A stretch of 64,000 nt of DNA from Oikopleura dioica (Eukaryota > Animalia > Chordata). Numbering within the stretch: position 1 is the first letter of the stretch; every line of letters starts with the position of its first letter. Location: positions 13,392,001 through 13,456,000 of the forward strand of contig OU015566.1 in assembly GCA_907165135.1 (NCBI GenBank), written 5' to 3'. The notes below the pieces were generated by a model. That model was not told where the DNA came from. It saw only the letters and a list, made by a program, of their open reading frames with translations, and searched no databases. The position numbers and the translations under genes were made by a program. Of the stretch, positions 38,001-51,386 are shown one piece after another.

Positions 38001-38796
38001 TTATCTTCAAACAGGACTTTCTAGGCAGGAGAAACGCAGAACAGCTTGGAAGGAAGGGTCAGAAACTATCGGACGATCCGAAGCAAGTTGAGATTAAGGC
38101 GCTCTAGAACTCAATTAAAAGGTACTGATCCATTTTTGGGCAAATTTTAAGAAAGATTTAGGTCCAAATAATGCTTTAACAATTGTGCAAGAAAAGTATG
38201 ATGTAAATTTTGACGACTACGACTGTATATTTTGGTTTGGCGATCTCAACTTCAGGTGAGAATGGTTTATGGAGATACATATTTATAACATTGAAATCAA
38301 GGAGGAACCCAGAATCGGGAGAAGATGAGCTCCGTGCTTGTATAAAACGCTCGCTTTGCTTCGAAGATTTCCTCGAACAGCCGATTCAATTCGACCCGAC
38401 TTACAAGTTCCAGCCAAATACTCAGATCTACGACCTCAGTAGGTCGCTTCGCTGCCCTAGCCATACAGTAAGAGATACAGTATTCAAGCAATCAATTCAT
38501 CCAAACCCTAGGATCGAATCTTGTATCTAAATCGTGTGCCGATCTCTCCCGTCTACTACAACAGCTATCCAGAACTAAACCACTCGGACCATCGACCAGT
38601 GGCTGCAATTTTCCAAGTTCAAGTTTCGCCAGTTACGCCTAAAAACGCACCGTTGTCCGTGAACAACGGCGAATTCGTGGTCAGCGTCTTCAAAGCCGCT
38701 TTTTATACGCCGCAGATGGATAATTTGAAATCTTCAACTACCTCCGGCACTGCCTCCAAACTCGGTGGTCCTTCCAAAGTCTGTACCATACTCTGA
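35100..38796 (+). CDS. INPP5E: Inositol polyphosphate 5-phosphatase E (start approximate)
   Basis: VWIGTWNL, YIFGCQE, SQIKTKG..FGTKFLFMNSHF, FWFGDLNFR, PSHTDRILY, SDHRPV; C-terminal CAAX CTIL; long acidic N-terminus. Confidence 0.85.
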
Positions 38797-39011
38797 GATC
38801 TACTGAGAAAAACACACTTTATATTTTCTTATCAACACGCTCCATTTTCATACAAAAATGTGAATATATTTAATAAAAAAGAAAGATAAAATCGGTTAAT
38901 CTTTCACTTTGTTTGGAATAAAATAATATTTTTATAACAAGCTTGTGGAACGATTCAAAATGAATACAATTTGTCGAAAATACCAATTTTCTTTCACAAG
39001 TGGTTGTAGTG

Positions 39012-39516
39012 GAGTCACGCAACAACATTATGCAAGTTAGCGTCTGGGCAAGTTAGCGTCAAAGTTGCCGGTTATAAAAAATAATTTTTTTTCTCGAAAT
39101 TTTTATATCGAACACTGAATACAGTTTTCAGAAAGTAAAGGTGCCATTATTTCAAAGTTATTTTGACAGAGGTTTGAGAATTCAGGCATTTTTTGGGATT
39201 AATGTTCTAATAAACTTTGAAATCGACTGTCAAAATGAGTGTACTCTCGGAGTACAAAAATATAATTTCAAAACGTTAAACAAAATTTGCTCGAAAGAAA
39301 TGGAAAATATGACCGCTTTTCACACGGAAAGGTCGAGGTTAGATTCTAAGAGGGGACTGACTGTCTACCAGACTAAGACATGCTGAAAGAGCCATTCAAC
39401 GCTCCACGGATCGCCCACCCACTTTAGACGCTAACTTGCCCAAGACGCTAACTTTCCCAAAACGCTAATTTGCACAATCTTGGGGAAGTTAGCGACTGGG
39501 GAAGTTAGCGTGACTC
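39012..39516. mobile_element. MULE/Foldback-like MITE with subterminal repeats
   Basis: Termini GAGTCACGC...GCGTGACTC; flanks GGTTGTAGTG / GGTTGGAGTG (10-bp TSD, 1 mismatch); inverted arrays of the (GGG)CAAGTTAGCGTC unit. Confidence 0.75.
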
Positions 39517-39680
39517 GGTTGGAGTGGGTTTCATTTCGAGATTTCGATCAACGCGCATTCCTTTGACGGGGATAGGCTGATATCTTACCTTTTCTTTTTT
39601 GATTTCCCTTTTTATTTTCAAAATCGACATTTCGAGAATTTCTCTTGCATAAGTTGCAGCAATCTTCCATCTAAGAGAAA

Positions 39681-40787
39681 ATGTCAAAAATTAGTTTTAC
39701 GAACCTGCAAACGAAAAATACCACGAAATATGCCGGCTATGATTCAGTCTTCCGCCAAAAATACTATGGGTGCAAGAATTGCTATTATCTCACCGAGAAT
39801 ATGCACAAGCTTGAGAATGGCGAATTTAAATGTACCAACTGGAAGGGCCTTAAATATAAATTGAGAGACTCTAAATATATGATACGTTCTGAACTTGACA
39901 AGATTATAATTAATTTTTCTGGTTTATTTGTTAACTACCGGTTTCGGATAAAATCCTACATCAGGCTTAACAGACAATAAACAATTATTCCTATTATAAA
40001 TTATAAAATATAGATATTAATTATTAACAATATAAAAGCCTTCTGAAGCCATGAATCGGGGAAATATGAGCTTGCTCCATGTGATGCAGAGTTCAACTGC
40101 CCAGCCGGGAAATGTGGTGCCACGAATCTCTCTTTCAGGGAGTTCATGCTCGGAAAATGTTGTGATGCAGCAAAGGTCAAACAAAATGGAGAAGGAAGTG
40201 GTTTTTATAGATTTTTCCCAAAGTCATGAAAGTAGTTGATTAAGAAAATATAGACCATCACAGACAAAAACAAGTACGTGAAACTGGTCATGGAAAGCTT
40301 GGATCGGGCCAAAAATGACGAATGCGAAGCTGAAAATAAGCTTCAAAAGCAGGGGTCTGATAATCATTCGAAAATAGAAATAATAAAAAAATGCCGGCGA
40401 TTTTGCCTTATGTCGATCCAGACCCCGGATCACAGGCAAAAAAGGCCGTTGAGGATGCTGAAAAGCATGTTGAATGGGCAAAAAAGGATCGAGAGAGCAT
40501 GGAAGCCACCTTGAAAATCGCATTTGGCAGTGCTTTGCGACAGATGGGAGTTTCAGGTACTTTTGCATTTATTAATCGTGACTTAATTTCCATTTTAAGA
40601 GCCAAAAGAAGACGAGGGACCCGCTTGCAACGTTTGCTTGGAAGGCTACAACAAAGAAGATCGTCACGAGTGTACTCTTCACTGTGGTCATCGATCCTGC
40701 CACAAGTGCTTGACCGGTCTTCCTGAGAAGCTTTGCCCAATCTGCCGCAAGGAATTCACAAATGAGCAGATCATCAAGCTTTTCTGA
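39681..40787 (+). CDS. Protein with N-terminal Cys motifs, coiled coil and C-terminal C3HC4 RING
   Basis: CNVCLEGY..LHCGHRSCHKCL..CPICRKEF..IIKLF; upstream CKNC and CPAGKC exons and a helical region. Confidence 0.75.
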
Positions 40788-41190
40788 AGAAAAACTTTCT
40801 TCCTGTCTGTTTTCTCCGAGTTAGACATCGTCGAGAATAAAGTAAAATTAAAAATGATTCTTTTGTTTTCATTCGATCAAGCAAGCAAAAAGGATGAAAG
40901 ACAAAGCACGGCAAAAATACCAGTTGTTACAACTGAGTTGTAGCAGTTATTCGATTTTGTCTCCAGGAAAAATTTCAAGACATTTTGACTCAGAATACGT
41001 CTTATTTCGCCCATTATCAAGAATCTGCGATGGGCGGATGAGCCGGGCGTTCCCGCCGGCGAGCGCAATAAATTGGACCGATCATCAAGTGAGATAAGTA
41101 CTTTCAATATTCTGATTACTTCTGACAATTAAACTCTATTTTAAACTTTTCTTTCTTCATAAATAACAGAGAATAAAGTTTTTAGAAGCT

Positions 41191-42143
41191 ATGGCCGAGC
41201 CAAAGATTTTCGCCGCCGAGGAGGACTGCCGATCCAACTGGACCGACTCCATGGCCGACTACAACGAGGCCGACACTCATCTCGCCATCGAGGGAAAGCC
41301 CGTCATGGAGCGATGGGAGACTCCATTCATGAACAAACTCGCTGACATTGCCGCTTCCAACGGTGGAAAATGCCTTGAAGTTGGCTTCGGAATGGCCATT
41401 TCTGCCACTCAATTCCAGAAAAACGACATCACTGGTAAGATTGACCTTCAAATAATAGACTGGGCCAAAGCCATTAAAAAGACATCATAAGTAGCACTTA
41501 TAAAAAAAGTTTTTATTGCTCAATAAGTTCATTTTTAGATCACTACATCATCGAGTGCAACGACGGTGTCCTCAAGCGACTCGAAAACTGGAAGAAAGAG
41601 CAGCCCCACAACGTCCACCCCTGCCCTGGTTTCTGGGAAGATGCCGCGCCTAAGCTCGAAGGTAAATAATCGCTCGATTCAATTCGCGTTCTCATCGTTG
41701 ATTTCAGATGGTATGTTTGACGGAATCATGTACGATACCTACCCTCTTTCCGAAGAAACCTGGCACACACATCAATTCGATTTCATCAAGGTACAATCTC
41801 TTCTTTCTCAACCCTTTTAAAAAAATCCTCTCCAAGAAACACGCTTTTCGACTTCTTCGAAAAGGAGGTGTTCTTTCTTTCTGCAACTTGACTAGCTTCG
41901 GTGAACTCATGAAGGTAAAACAACTCAATTTTCGCATCACCAACAATATCTTTTCAGACAACTTACCCCAAGACAAAACAAGGCATCGAAATGCTCTTCA
42001 TCGAGACCCAACTCCCCCACCTCCTGGAAGCCGGATTCAAGCGACAAAACATCTCCTGGGAAGTCATCTCCAACCAGCCACCAGCTGATTGCAAGTACTA
42101 CGACACTGAATGGATGCTCGCACCAACTTGCATCAAAGAATAG
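41191..42143 (+). CDS. GAMT: Guanidinoacetate N-methyltransferase
   Basis: [70 protein letters not shown]. Confidence 0.96.
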
Positions 42144-42670
42144 ATCTTCTTTGAACATCCTACATGTAGCCTTTTTCAAAATCTCTGTCCTTCGAAATAA
42201 ATAACTCCCATAAACAAACACTGTATTTGACGGTCGATGGAATGAATTTAATCAACTAAGTAAAAAAAGAACACCAGGAATAACTTTTCGCGGCTGCGAT
42301 CATTAAGATAATTGGGAGATATTGGCGGTCCCATTTTGGTCAGCCGCACATCCTAATAACACTTTTTAAATTATTCATTACTTCTTTCCCACTTTTCTTT
42401 AACCGCACTTTCTCTTAACAAATATGATGCAAGATGCATTTTCTGATAGTGCTTCTACTCATCATATAAAATATATTTGGAGACGGAAATAGGAAGAATG
42501 CGCTGTGGACAGATAATGCAATTTGTATATTTTGAGAATAAAAGTCGGATCATCCGCCACAAACATTCGGATACTGAAGGCAGATTATGGTCGCCGTTTA
42601 TTTCCCATTTTAGAGAAATGACATTTTCAAAGAATGATAAAATTCATTTCAATCTATGCTTCTTATTTGA

Positions 42671-43802
42671 TCAGAGTACACGATAGTACAAGTTCTTCAC
42701 GTTGTAGTCAAAAGCACTTGGGTACCAAGGATTCGACAGATAGACAGAGATTTGTTTATTCGTCAATTCGTTCGCCTTTGACGTGGCCATTTGAAAAGAA
42801 GATATTTCTTTTCCATCTTTCTTTACAGATAAAGCTTGAAAAGAGGTGAATATAGTGAATGACTTTTGTGAATTTACCAACTGATGATGTGAAACTCGAA
42901 ACTTGTTTTTGTGTAAATGTATAGGTACTCCATTTTCCATCCTGACACTGTGAAAAAGGGCCTCTTTCCCATTTGCCGTTGCGTCCCGGGGAATCATTAT
43001 TATAAAGTATTGCCACATCTCCAGAACCGAACTCAGATTGCCAAATAGTGAAGAATCTATTGCCAAAACTACCGTGAATACCACCCGTAGTGAGATGTAG
43101 TATGTTTAGCCATGAGCCACGTCCATGTCTGGTTGAGCACTCAACATCAATGGATATCTCAAAATTTAATGCAGCCGTGAAATGTCTTTTTGAAAGTCAA
43201 GAAAACTAAAGAAAGTGATGTAAAGAAAAGATATCCTACTGGTAATATAACTAGCATTCGAAACTTTTCCCAAGTAGTTGTCCTCTTTTAGGTTTTATCG
43301 GAGAATTTCGGACAAATGATTTACAATTATCTTTCCCTTCACATGGATCTTTTGCAAGTATCTTTCTATTTATCTTTTCGATCAGAGCTGGCTTTTCCAT
43401 GACCAATTTTTCTAAAGTTTCATCGCCAATAAGCGAGTGTGCGCATGGGTTTACAACTTCATTGCCATAACATTCTCTGATGAAATCAGAAGACGAAATA
43501 TTCTTCTCAATAGCATCGTGCCGACATAAAACGTATTTTGTCTGAAGGGAAATTATGAACCTTTGAAGCATAATGCTTTCTATTACGTAAAGCGGCTCAG
43601 AAACTTGAAAATCATCAAAAACTTGATGAAACTCTTTCGAGTCACATGCCTCCTCGATGCACTCTCTTTCCAAATCTCCTCTTTTCCACATCTCTTCATA
43701 ACCTTCATTTGCTCTTTTCCTGCGTAAAAACGCGCTGGCTTTTTCTTTTGATAAAGTGTTTTCACCAAAGACAGATGCAAAAATGAGGATAAAAATCCTC
43801 AT
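42671..43802 (-). CDS. Secreted vitamin K-dependent Gla-domain protein with C-terminal ConA/LamG-like domain
   Basis: Signal + propeptide LSKEKASAFLRRKR, then ANEGYEEMWKRGDLERECIEEAC; last exons NILHLTTGG..GNRFFTIW and VYLSNPWYPSA..VKNL. Confidence 0.8.
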
Positions 43803-44544
43803 AATGATCTTTTAGAAAACTCAGCGTTTATGAACAAAGTCTGTTTTTTCATCCATCTTCCGGCGTATTTATTTGAACAATCTCGAGAAAGCAAATATTT
43901 TGTATCTAGTTTGTTCTCCTTCTTGTGCATGGATAATTAATTACCCGTTGAGTGGTTTTGCTGTCTGGAAGTTGTCAAATTACGAAAGGACGCTCTCGTT
44001 GCGCTAGAATCCATCTATCACTTGGGCACGCGAGGCGGTTCCTCTTGCGACGGCTGATCGATCATTTTTGCGTTTTCCTGCGCCACGAAAATGATGCTGG
44101 ATAGCGTTTAATTAAAGTATAATATGGCAAGGAAGTGGATCGGCAATTACCCAAGCCTCCTAATCACCGCTAGGGCCCTCAAGAAAGCGAGCAAGCGAGC
44201 AAGTTTCTGAAAAAACGAGTTAAGCTGCAACCGCAATTTGGAAATTAATTTGAAAATTGTGTCGGAGTTATTTGTTAGGTGGCTTTTTATGTTTAGGCGG
44301 CGGGAGAAAAGGCGCCGCCGTGTACCCAGGTAAACACCACAAAGAACACCACCAAAAGGACTGATTTTGTTTCTAATCCGCAGATGCAAGTTGCAACATG
44401 TTTACAACAGAAGCCCAACGATTCATTATGGAATGGAGCAGACTTTTTGTTTACGAAAAATTCTGGATTCGATAACCGAATTACGATGAAGTTTTCTTCC
44501 AAGAATTTTCTTTTTTACGGTGTATCTCTAGAATCTTGGCTAGT

Positions 44545-44663
44545 GGTTAGGGTTAGGGACTGGGAACACTTAACGGGGGTTTGGGGGGGCGTAGCCCCCT
44601 GGTTTAGGATTTAGGGGGGGTCCCGGGGGGCTTAGCCCCCAGGGTTAGGTTTAGGGTTAGGGG
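44545..44663 (+). repeat. Interstitial TTAGGG-containing G-rich repeat
   Basis: GGTTAGGGTTAGGG at the start, GGGTTAGGTTTAGGGTTAGGGG at the end; internal GGGGGC(G/T)TAGCCCCC hairpin occurs twice. Confidence 0.7.
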
Positions 44664-45174
44664 CAGCTCTAATGATAACCCCCTACTACCTTTTACAGTC
44701 GTGGAATTTGCCATTACGAACTTCTCACTCATTTCATGATTAAATTAGCTGGGATTACAGACTCGGCGGAATGGAGAATTAGTGGCCTTGTCGAATTGTC
44801 TTTACAGCGGCTAAACCGGGCCCATTTTCATTCTCTACTTACACGGCGTTATGGTCGCTGCCCGCGCTGGGAAAAACCCACACTCGGTAATATTTATAAA
44901 GAATTTCAATTTTGACTCCTTTACGCGCCAAAAAGTACAACCCAGAACAAGCGGCTACGGTACTTGTTTTTCGATGTCGCTTTATTTGTTCATTATTTAC
45001 AGTGAAAAATTACAGTCACAAAAAATTACAGCGAGGATGAAAATGAATGAGAGGCAGCGAAGAATAATGTTTAAAAACGAGCAGATAGCATTTTTACTAT
45101 TTTTTTTAAAGTCGATGGAACTGAAGAAAATCTGGCGGCCGGGCAGAACTTTTTGCTCAAGAACGAAATGAAGC

Positions 45175-48100
45175 TCAGCTGGTGATGGAATCGTCCATAT
45201 CTTCAACGGGAGAGTCGACTTCGTTCATTTCGACGGCTTCGCCGGATTCCATCTTTTCTCGCTTGTACTTTGTTCGGCGGTTTTGGAACCAGACTTTGAC
45301 CTGAAAAAAATGAGCGTTAGAAAAGTGACTGTAAAGAGCTTTTCGGTAAAAATAGCCGCATGCGGCTTCAGAGCTTCTTTTCGAAGCCGCGAAGGGCTTC
45401 ATCGCAAAAGTGACAATTGTGGAAATTGCTGTCAAATGTACTAAAATTGGTATTAGAGATGCTTCAACCACATTTTGGCAGCTTTATTTTCCCCGTGCTT
45501 GAAATTCATTTAGTTATCAGCCGCCTGCCAGTGCTCGACATAAAAGGGGTTAATATTATATTTTCGCACCTCTCGCTCTCGATTAAAAAAATCTACACAT
45601 TTGGCGGCTTATCCAAATGCAGTGCGGCGGGATCAAACGCCCGAGCGCTTCCTGTCTAGAGTTCCGAGTACCAAGTTCCAATTTTGTTGTTTTTAAAAAG
45701 GTTGATAAGAAGCGTGAAGAGGCGCCGACACTGTCAGTCACACCACGCGTTGGAGGGTTAGACAGGTTAAGAAAAGAACATTGGGGCGAAATTGACATCC
45801 ATCTGACAGTAAAAAAAAACGATTTTGAGCCAAAATTTCAACGATTTTAAAATTCGAATTTGACGAAAAAATGGCTCGTTTTTGATAAAGCTTATCAGCT
45901 TGTGAATGTTTCTAGAGTAAACTGAGGGTACTTTCATCAGCGAGTGGTTAACCCATCAGCCTCATTTTTGCCAATTAAAGTGGCTTTCCAAACATAATAA
46001 ATGATAACCCGTCATAACTAGCGAAAACGCTGAATTTTTCAATAAGAAAAAGTTGTTTTCTCAAATTTAAGACTCGCTGGAAAATCGCGTAATCGGATCA
46101 CTTTCAAAGTGGCCCTGTTTTGCCTTCAATTAGCAAGTACTCATCTGCGTTTACATTTCATTTTCGCGAAATTACGATCTTAGTGGGATTCATGAAAGGC
46201 GCCTCAGTTTATCCGAGGCGACCACAAGATTAAACTTATTACTTTTCGGGCGGCGGCTATTTGTGCAGTGGCTCACCGAGGTGGACCACGAGCCACGGTA
46301 AAAGCGGAGATGATGTTTAACTTTTAAGGGGGTAACCCGCCTTGTTGTCTTTGGAAGCATTTTACTGCCAAATTATCTTTTTTAATCGTCTGGTAATCGT
46401 TTTTCCAAGAATTAATGTAGTGACACCCTTATTTCAGAGCTCATTTTTCAAATGCCAAAATAAGGGTATCACTCTAAAAACTCTTGATGAAATTTCTTTT
46501 CCAAGAATTAATAAAGTGAAACCCTTATTTCAGACCTTCTTTTAACTGATGAAATAAGGGTATCAATCTACAAACTTTTGATGATTTTTTTCTCGAAAAA
46601 GGTCTACCCCCTTAAATTTTCTTTACAAAGGATGAACTTAATCCCAATGAAATCGGTTTCTTTATGATTTGGGCCCGATTCTAGCGCCCATTTTCTAAAG
46701 CGGAAGCTGCTCGTCTTCGGGGGTTCTAAGGAACACAACCTGGGCCAAAGAAAACAGCGATTTCCGCAAGGTGTAGGCACTTGGGCAAGTTAATGAGTCG
46801 GATTAGCACGCGTCGAAATCCGAGCTGCAATTTTCATCTCTTATCAGGACTAATTGCAGCGCACAAAGAGGGCTTGCTTTTCCGGTGCTTTATTTCGCGG
46901 CCGCAAATGGGGATGGACAATTATGACATTATCGCGAGAATACTATCCCCTTCAACTATTTGCAACAAATAGCAGATTATCGCGCGAGCCTGATATGCAT
47001 TTTAAAACCAATTTACCAGCAATCAGGTTCATTTTTTCGAGTACTAAATTAGCGATCCAATTATGCTAACTTCTTTACAGAAAATGATTTTTTTTCAGAA
47101 AATCATAAATAATCTATTTTAAAGTTTCTTTTATATTTTTAGCTCTTAGAAATACTGGTACACAATTTAGAACAGTTATAGATTTACATCATGCAGTACC
47201 ATGGTGGCTAGATAGACTAGAATTTTTTGAGATTGAGTCACGTGCGTAGAGTGTCCCTAATTTGAGAATTAGAACACCTCGGCGGCGGATGAAAGTCGCC
47301 TGACAAATCGCCCATTTAGAAACAATAATTTTTATTAAAAGGGTGTTTGTGACGGGATTTCAAGCTCTGCCGATCCGGAAAATTTTTCCCCCTCAATTTC
47401 GGCAATCTTATAAATTTGAAATATCCGCCTTTTATAAAATCCAAATCAAAAAGAAAGTAGCAACCATAAAAATTCAAAAATTCATGTGCGTCAATCATGT
47501 GATTCATGTCATGTCAAAAGAGAGAGAGTTGCTATTCGGAAGTGCTAAAACGCTCCGAGTTAGAAAATAACACAAATTCCAGTTGTCACTTTTGCGGTCA
47601 CTTTTTTTGGGGGCTCTTGCTTGAAAGTTACCTGTGTCTCGGTTAGGCCAAGGTTCTTTGCCAGGGTTTTTCGCTCGGCTCCGACGACATATCTACAAAT
47701 TCGCGGTTAATTCTTGCCCCAAAAACAGCAATATAAAATTCATCTATTGACTTACTGGTTCTTTTTGAATTCTTGTTCGAGTCTCATCAGCTGTGCGGGA
47801 GTGAAAGCAGTTCTGATCCTCTTCGGCTTCCTGAGAAACGGATTGTTCATGAAGGGGTTGAGCGGGGACATGGTCGGATACGGAGCTAGAAAAAAGGATG
47901 AGGAAAGTCGTGGTACACGGTTAATTCAATTTTCGCCGCTTGTTTTACTTTTAGCGCGCTAAATGCCCATCATTTCCCTGCGCCGCCAATTTCTCGCATA
48001 TTTCATAATAGCCTGTTCAATAGTTCCCGCGGTGGTGGTGTTGGTTTTACACAGAAATTACTATAATTATGCCCACCCTGCGCAGCGTATGACGCCTTGC

Positions 48101-50070
48101 CGCCAATTTGGCTTGCAAAGGAATTGGTGAGAAGTACACCAGGGCAGAAATTTATGTAGCACGCATTGCAAATTGATCAATCCCAAAAATGCGAAAATCG
48201 ATGCTCAACTTACAAACCCCTCTTATTATAAGAAGAGTAATCTTATGATTTTCTCATTTCTTGTGCCGATCCAGGTGAGTCTGAGACCTGGGCTCGGCAA
48301 CCTGTGTAGAAATCCTGAGTCAGGGTCTGAGAGAACTGAAATGAAAAGCCGCGCAGCGGCTTTTTAAAAATGAAGCCGCAAAGCGGCTTCAAAAATATTA
48401 CCATTTCAATCTATTAAAGATTCTGGCGAAGCCGCTTAGCGGCTTCGTTTGAAAAAAAAGCCGCTGCGCGGCTTTTCATTTAAGTTTTTTCAGACCCTGA
48501 CTCAGGCTTTCTACACAGGTTGCCGAGTTCAGTCTGAGACTCAACATCGATCTCGTATAATGAGCTGATTAGAGCTAATTAGTGAGTGTTATTGAACGAT
48601 AATTTTACGATCTTAAAAACAACCCACTCAGAAAAAAAATAGCAGATTCAGAAGATTGTCATTCTATTCAGCTTCCTCCTGGACGCCATTTGTGCTCATC
48701 TGCTTCCTTTCTTGATCCTTTTAATCCTCGAAGGGATCCAAAATTACCCCCGGGTCAAAATTACAGCTGGGGTCACCTCTTCCGGACACCAAGTCGCGCC
48801 TCTGGATTAATCTAATTCTACAGTGTTTTCCGCGAAAAAGACTCATTCATTTCAAATTGCTTTGTCCTTGGTCTTTGAGTCAGTATTCTCATTAATTGAC
48901 AGATCGAGAGTTTCTCTCACACCCGCTATAAATTGATTTAGGCCTCATTTAGCAGCTAAGTCATGATCAATGGGAGATATTACGCCCGGGCAACACTAAA
49001 ACCCGCGACGTCGCGACGGCTCGCGAAAACATTCTTCGCGTCAGTTCTATTAGCGCTAGAATTGGCGCCAGTTCTTTGATAAAGCCCCTGTACTTACAAG
49101 CTCGCGCGAACATTCCCATTGGCACGCCGTAGCCGACCGGGCCGCGCAGGGGTCCAGGGGCAGCTTCCGAGGATGCTGAAACTGCAGGAAACGTAGGATG
49201 CTGAGTCGCTGCTGCGGCTGCTGCTGCGGCTTGGGCGGCTTGAGCAGCCTGAGCTTGAGCGGCTTGAGCTTGTGCTTGGATGTGAGCTTGGATTTGAGCA
49301 GTTTGGGCGTGCAGTTGTGCTTGTTGCTTTTGCTGCAAAAGGAGTAGTTCTGCCAGTGCATTGTGCGTGGGCATCAGGGGGTTGGAGAGGCCAGAGATGG
49401 CGGAGAGCCCACTCGGCGCAGAAACGACTGGGGTTGGGATCGAAACCGGGGTGGGGATCGAAGTTGGTACTGCAGAAGCTGCTGGAGGAGGGCTCGGCGC
49501 GGGCGACTCTGATTTTGGACTGGGTGGGAGAGGAGTATCTTCAGGCAGACGGGTGAGCGTCGAAAGGCCGGGGATGCCTGGCTGAGCGGCGGTTCCGGCA
49601 GTTCCAGTTCCGGCAGTAGCAGTTGCCCCGGCAGCGAGTTGAGAGAATAGACCACCTTGGGTCAGTCGAAGAAGAGCTGCTTGTTGTGCTGCGAGGAGTT
49701 CCATGACTGATGCGGGGAGACCAGTTGCTGCTGGTTCAGCTGGCTTCGGAATTTCCTAAAGAGGGTTAGCAAGGGTTTCTTTTTGTGGGGAATTTCTCAC
49801 CTCTATTTTTGCTTCTGGAGTGGCTGGCGAGCTTTGCTCATTGTTAGGGATGATTTCGACTGGAGAAGGGCTTCGTTCGAGATGTTTGGAGGTCTCGGGA
49901 TCCGAGTTCGAGCCAGAGTTGGAGCTGGAATTGGAACTGGTGTTGGAGATCACGGGACTCTGAGGTTCCCGAGCAGCAGCAGCGAGAATGCTTGTTATGT
50001 CGAACTTTTTCTTGCTTTCCAGCAGCACTTGAGGAATCGTCAGCGCTGTGTTCTGCGCCATTGTACTCAT
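45175..50070 (-). CDS. Emx: Empty spiracles/Emx homeobox protein (5 exons)
   Basis: [64 protein letters not shown]; N-terminal eh1 motif FDITSIL; Q/A-rich region. Confidence 0.92.
46328..46611. mobile_element. Kolobok-like MITE (TTAA TSD) in an Emx intron
   Basis: TTAA-GGGGGTA...TACCCCC-TTAA; two internal units of about 97 bp, each with an ACCCTTATTT..AAATAAGGGT palindrome. Confidence 0.65.
48288..48532. mobile_element. hAT-like MITE with long TIRs and perfect 8-bp TSD
   Basis: TCTGAGAC at 48280-48287 and 48533-48540; arms of about 100 bp starting CTGGGCTCGGCAACCTGTGTAGAAA; internal AAGCCGC..GCGGCTT palindromes. Confidence 0.85.
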
Positions 50071-51386
50071 CCTCTTTTCTGTTGTGGTTGATGATCTCTT
50101 TTTTGGAGGAGAAAGAATGCAGTCTCTGGATTTTTCTATTCTTTTCTGACGTCTTCAAAATTGACTTCGAGGAAAATGTGAATGTGTGAGGAAATTAATA
50201 TCAATATCGGAATATTTTGGAGTGTTTATCGTTAGTAGCAGGCTGACGAGCGCGCTGGAAAATGGTGAGGACGCGTGGCGCTAGAGGAAGCAAGCTGAGA
50301 TACGTTCGAGCGCTCCGCAGCGCCCGAAAAAGGGAGCGAGCAGATTCGCGGGTTTCCCTTCTTTTTTTCTCTGGATACGTTTACGTATGGTGTGAAATTG
50401 TGCTGTTGTGGACCAAAAATATTGTTCTCTGATGAAAAATTTCTTGATTTATATTTCAAAATTTAAATTAAATAAACGATTCTAAATAGAAAACTTTCAA
50501 CTAAAATTAAACTTTATTTTTATAGAAGAAGGATACTGTAATCTTGGAATATTACAGTTTGATGCTTTTTTTAAGAAAGTTGTTATTAATATGACCAAAT
50601 TTTGTACTTTTGGGGTACCTTTATTGGAATCTTTCTGACTTTTGATAATTTCGAAATCATTAGTTTCTTGTTTCTAGTGATTATTAATTAGCAATAGGAG
50701 GAAGTAGAAGACCAGATGTAAGACACTCCCGTGGTATTAATGTTGACTGATCGGTCTATTAATATTGCCTTCGTAAGTTTCACAGACTAATGGGAGAATT
50801 ATCGAGGTTGATGATTCGAATCGTAAATGACCTTGAATAAGGCAATAATGCTTAATTATTGCCTTGTTAATCACAATTTAGTAAGAGCAATATCCTCTGA
50901 CTTCCTACCAGTGAATCCTCTTTTCCTTCAAAATCAACCTTGCTTTTTCTTATCAAAAGCGGCGCCGCCAGTTTGGTACATTAGCGGTCATCACCATAAA
51001 AAGTGTTCTGACCTGGTTACTTCTTTAGCGAACAAATTGCGGGATTACATGCAGCCTCCAATTATCGTTTATTGGCGGAGCAAGCCGCCAAATTCAAAAA
51101 AGTTTCGCCCGCGCCTAAACAAGCGTAACTAGGCCAAAATCGTAATGTCGCCATATTTGCCGATTAATCGAGCGAATAACCATTAACTCAATTACACTAT
51201 CAATGAATGAAAGGCTATTTTAGTAGGGAAATCCCCCTTTTAAAAAGCACAGCTTCCAAAACCTGCTTGTTCAAACGTCTTTTGAGCGGCCGCGAGTACT
51301 TCCAGCGCCGGAATTTATGAATCGGCTCAGCGCTAGGAAAACATTTGCTTTTCCTCGACTTTTCAGAATCTATTACGCGCTCACTC

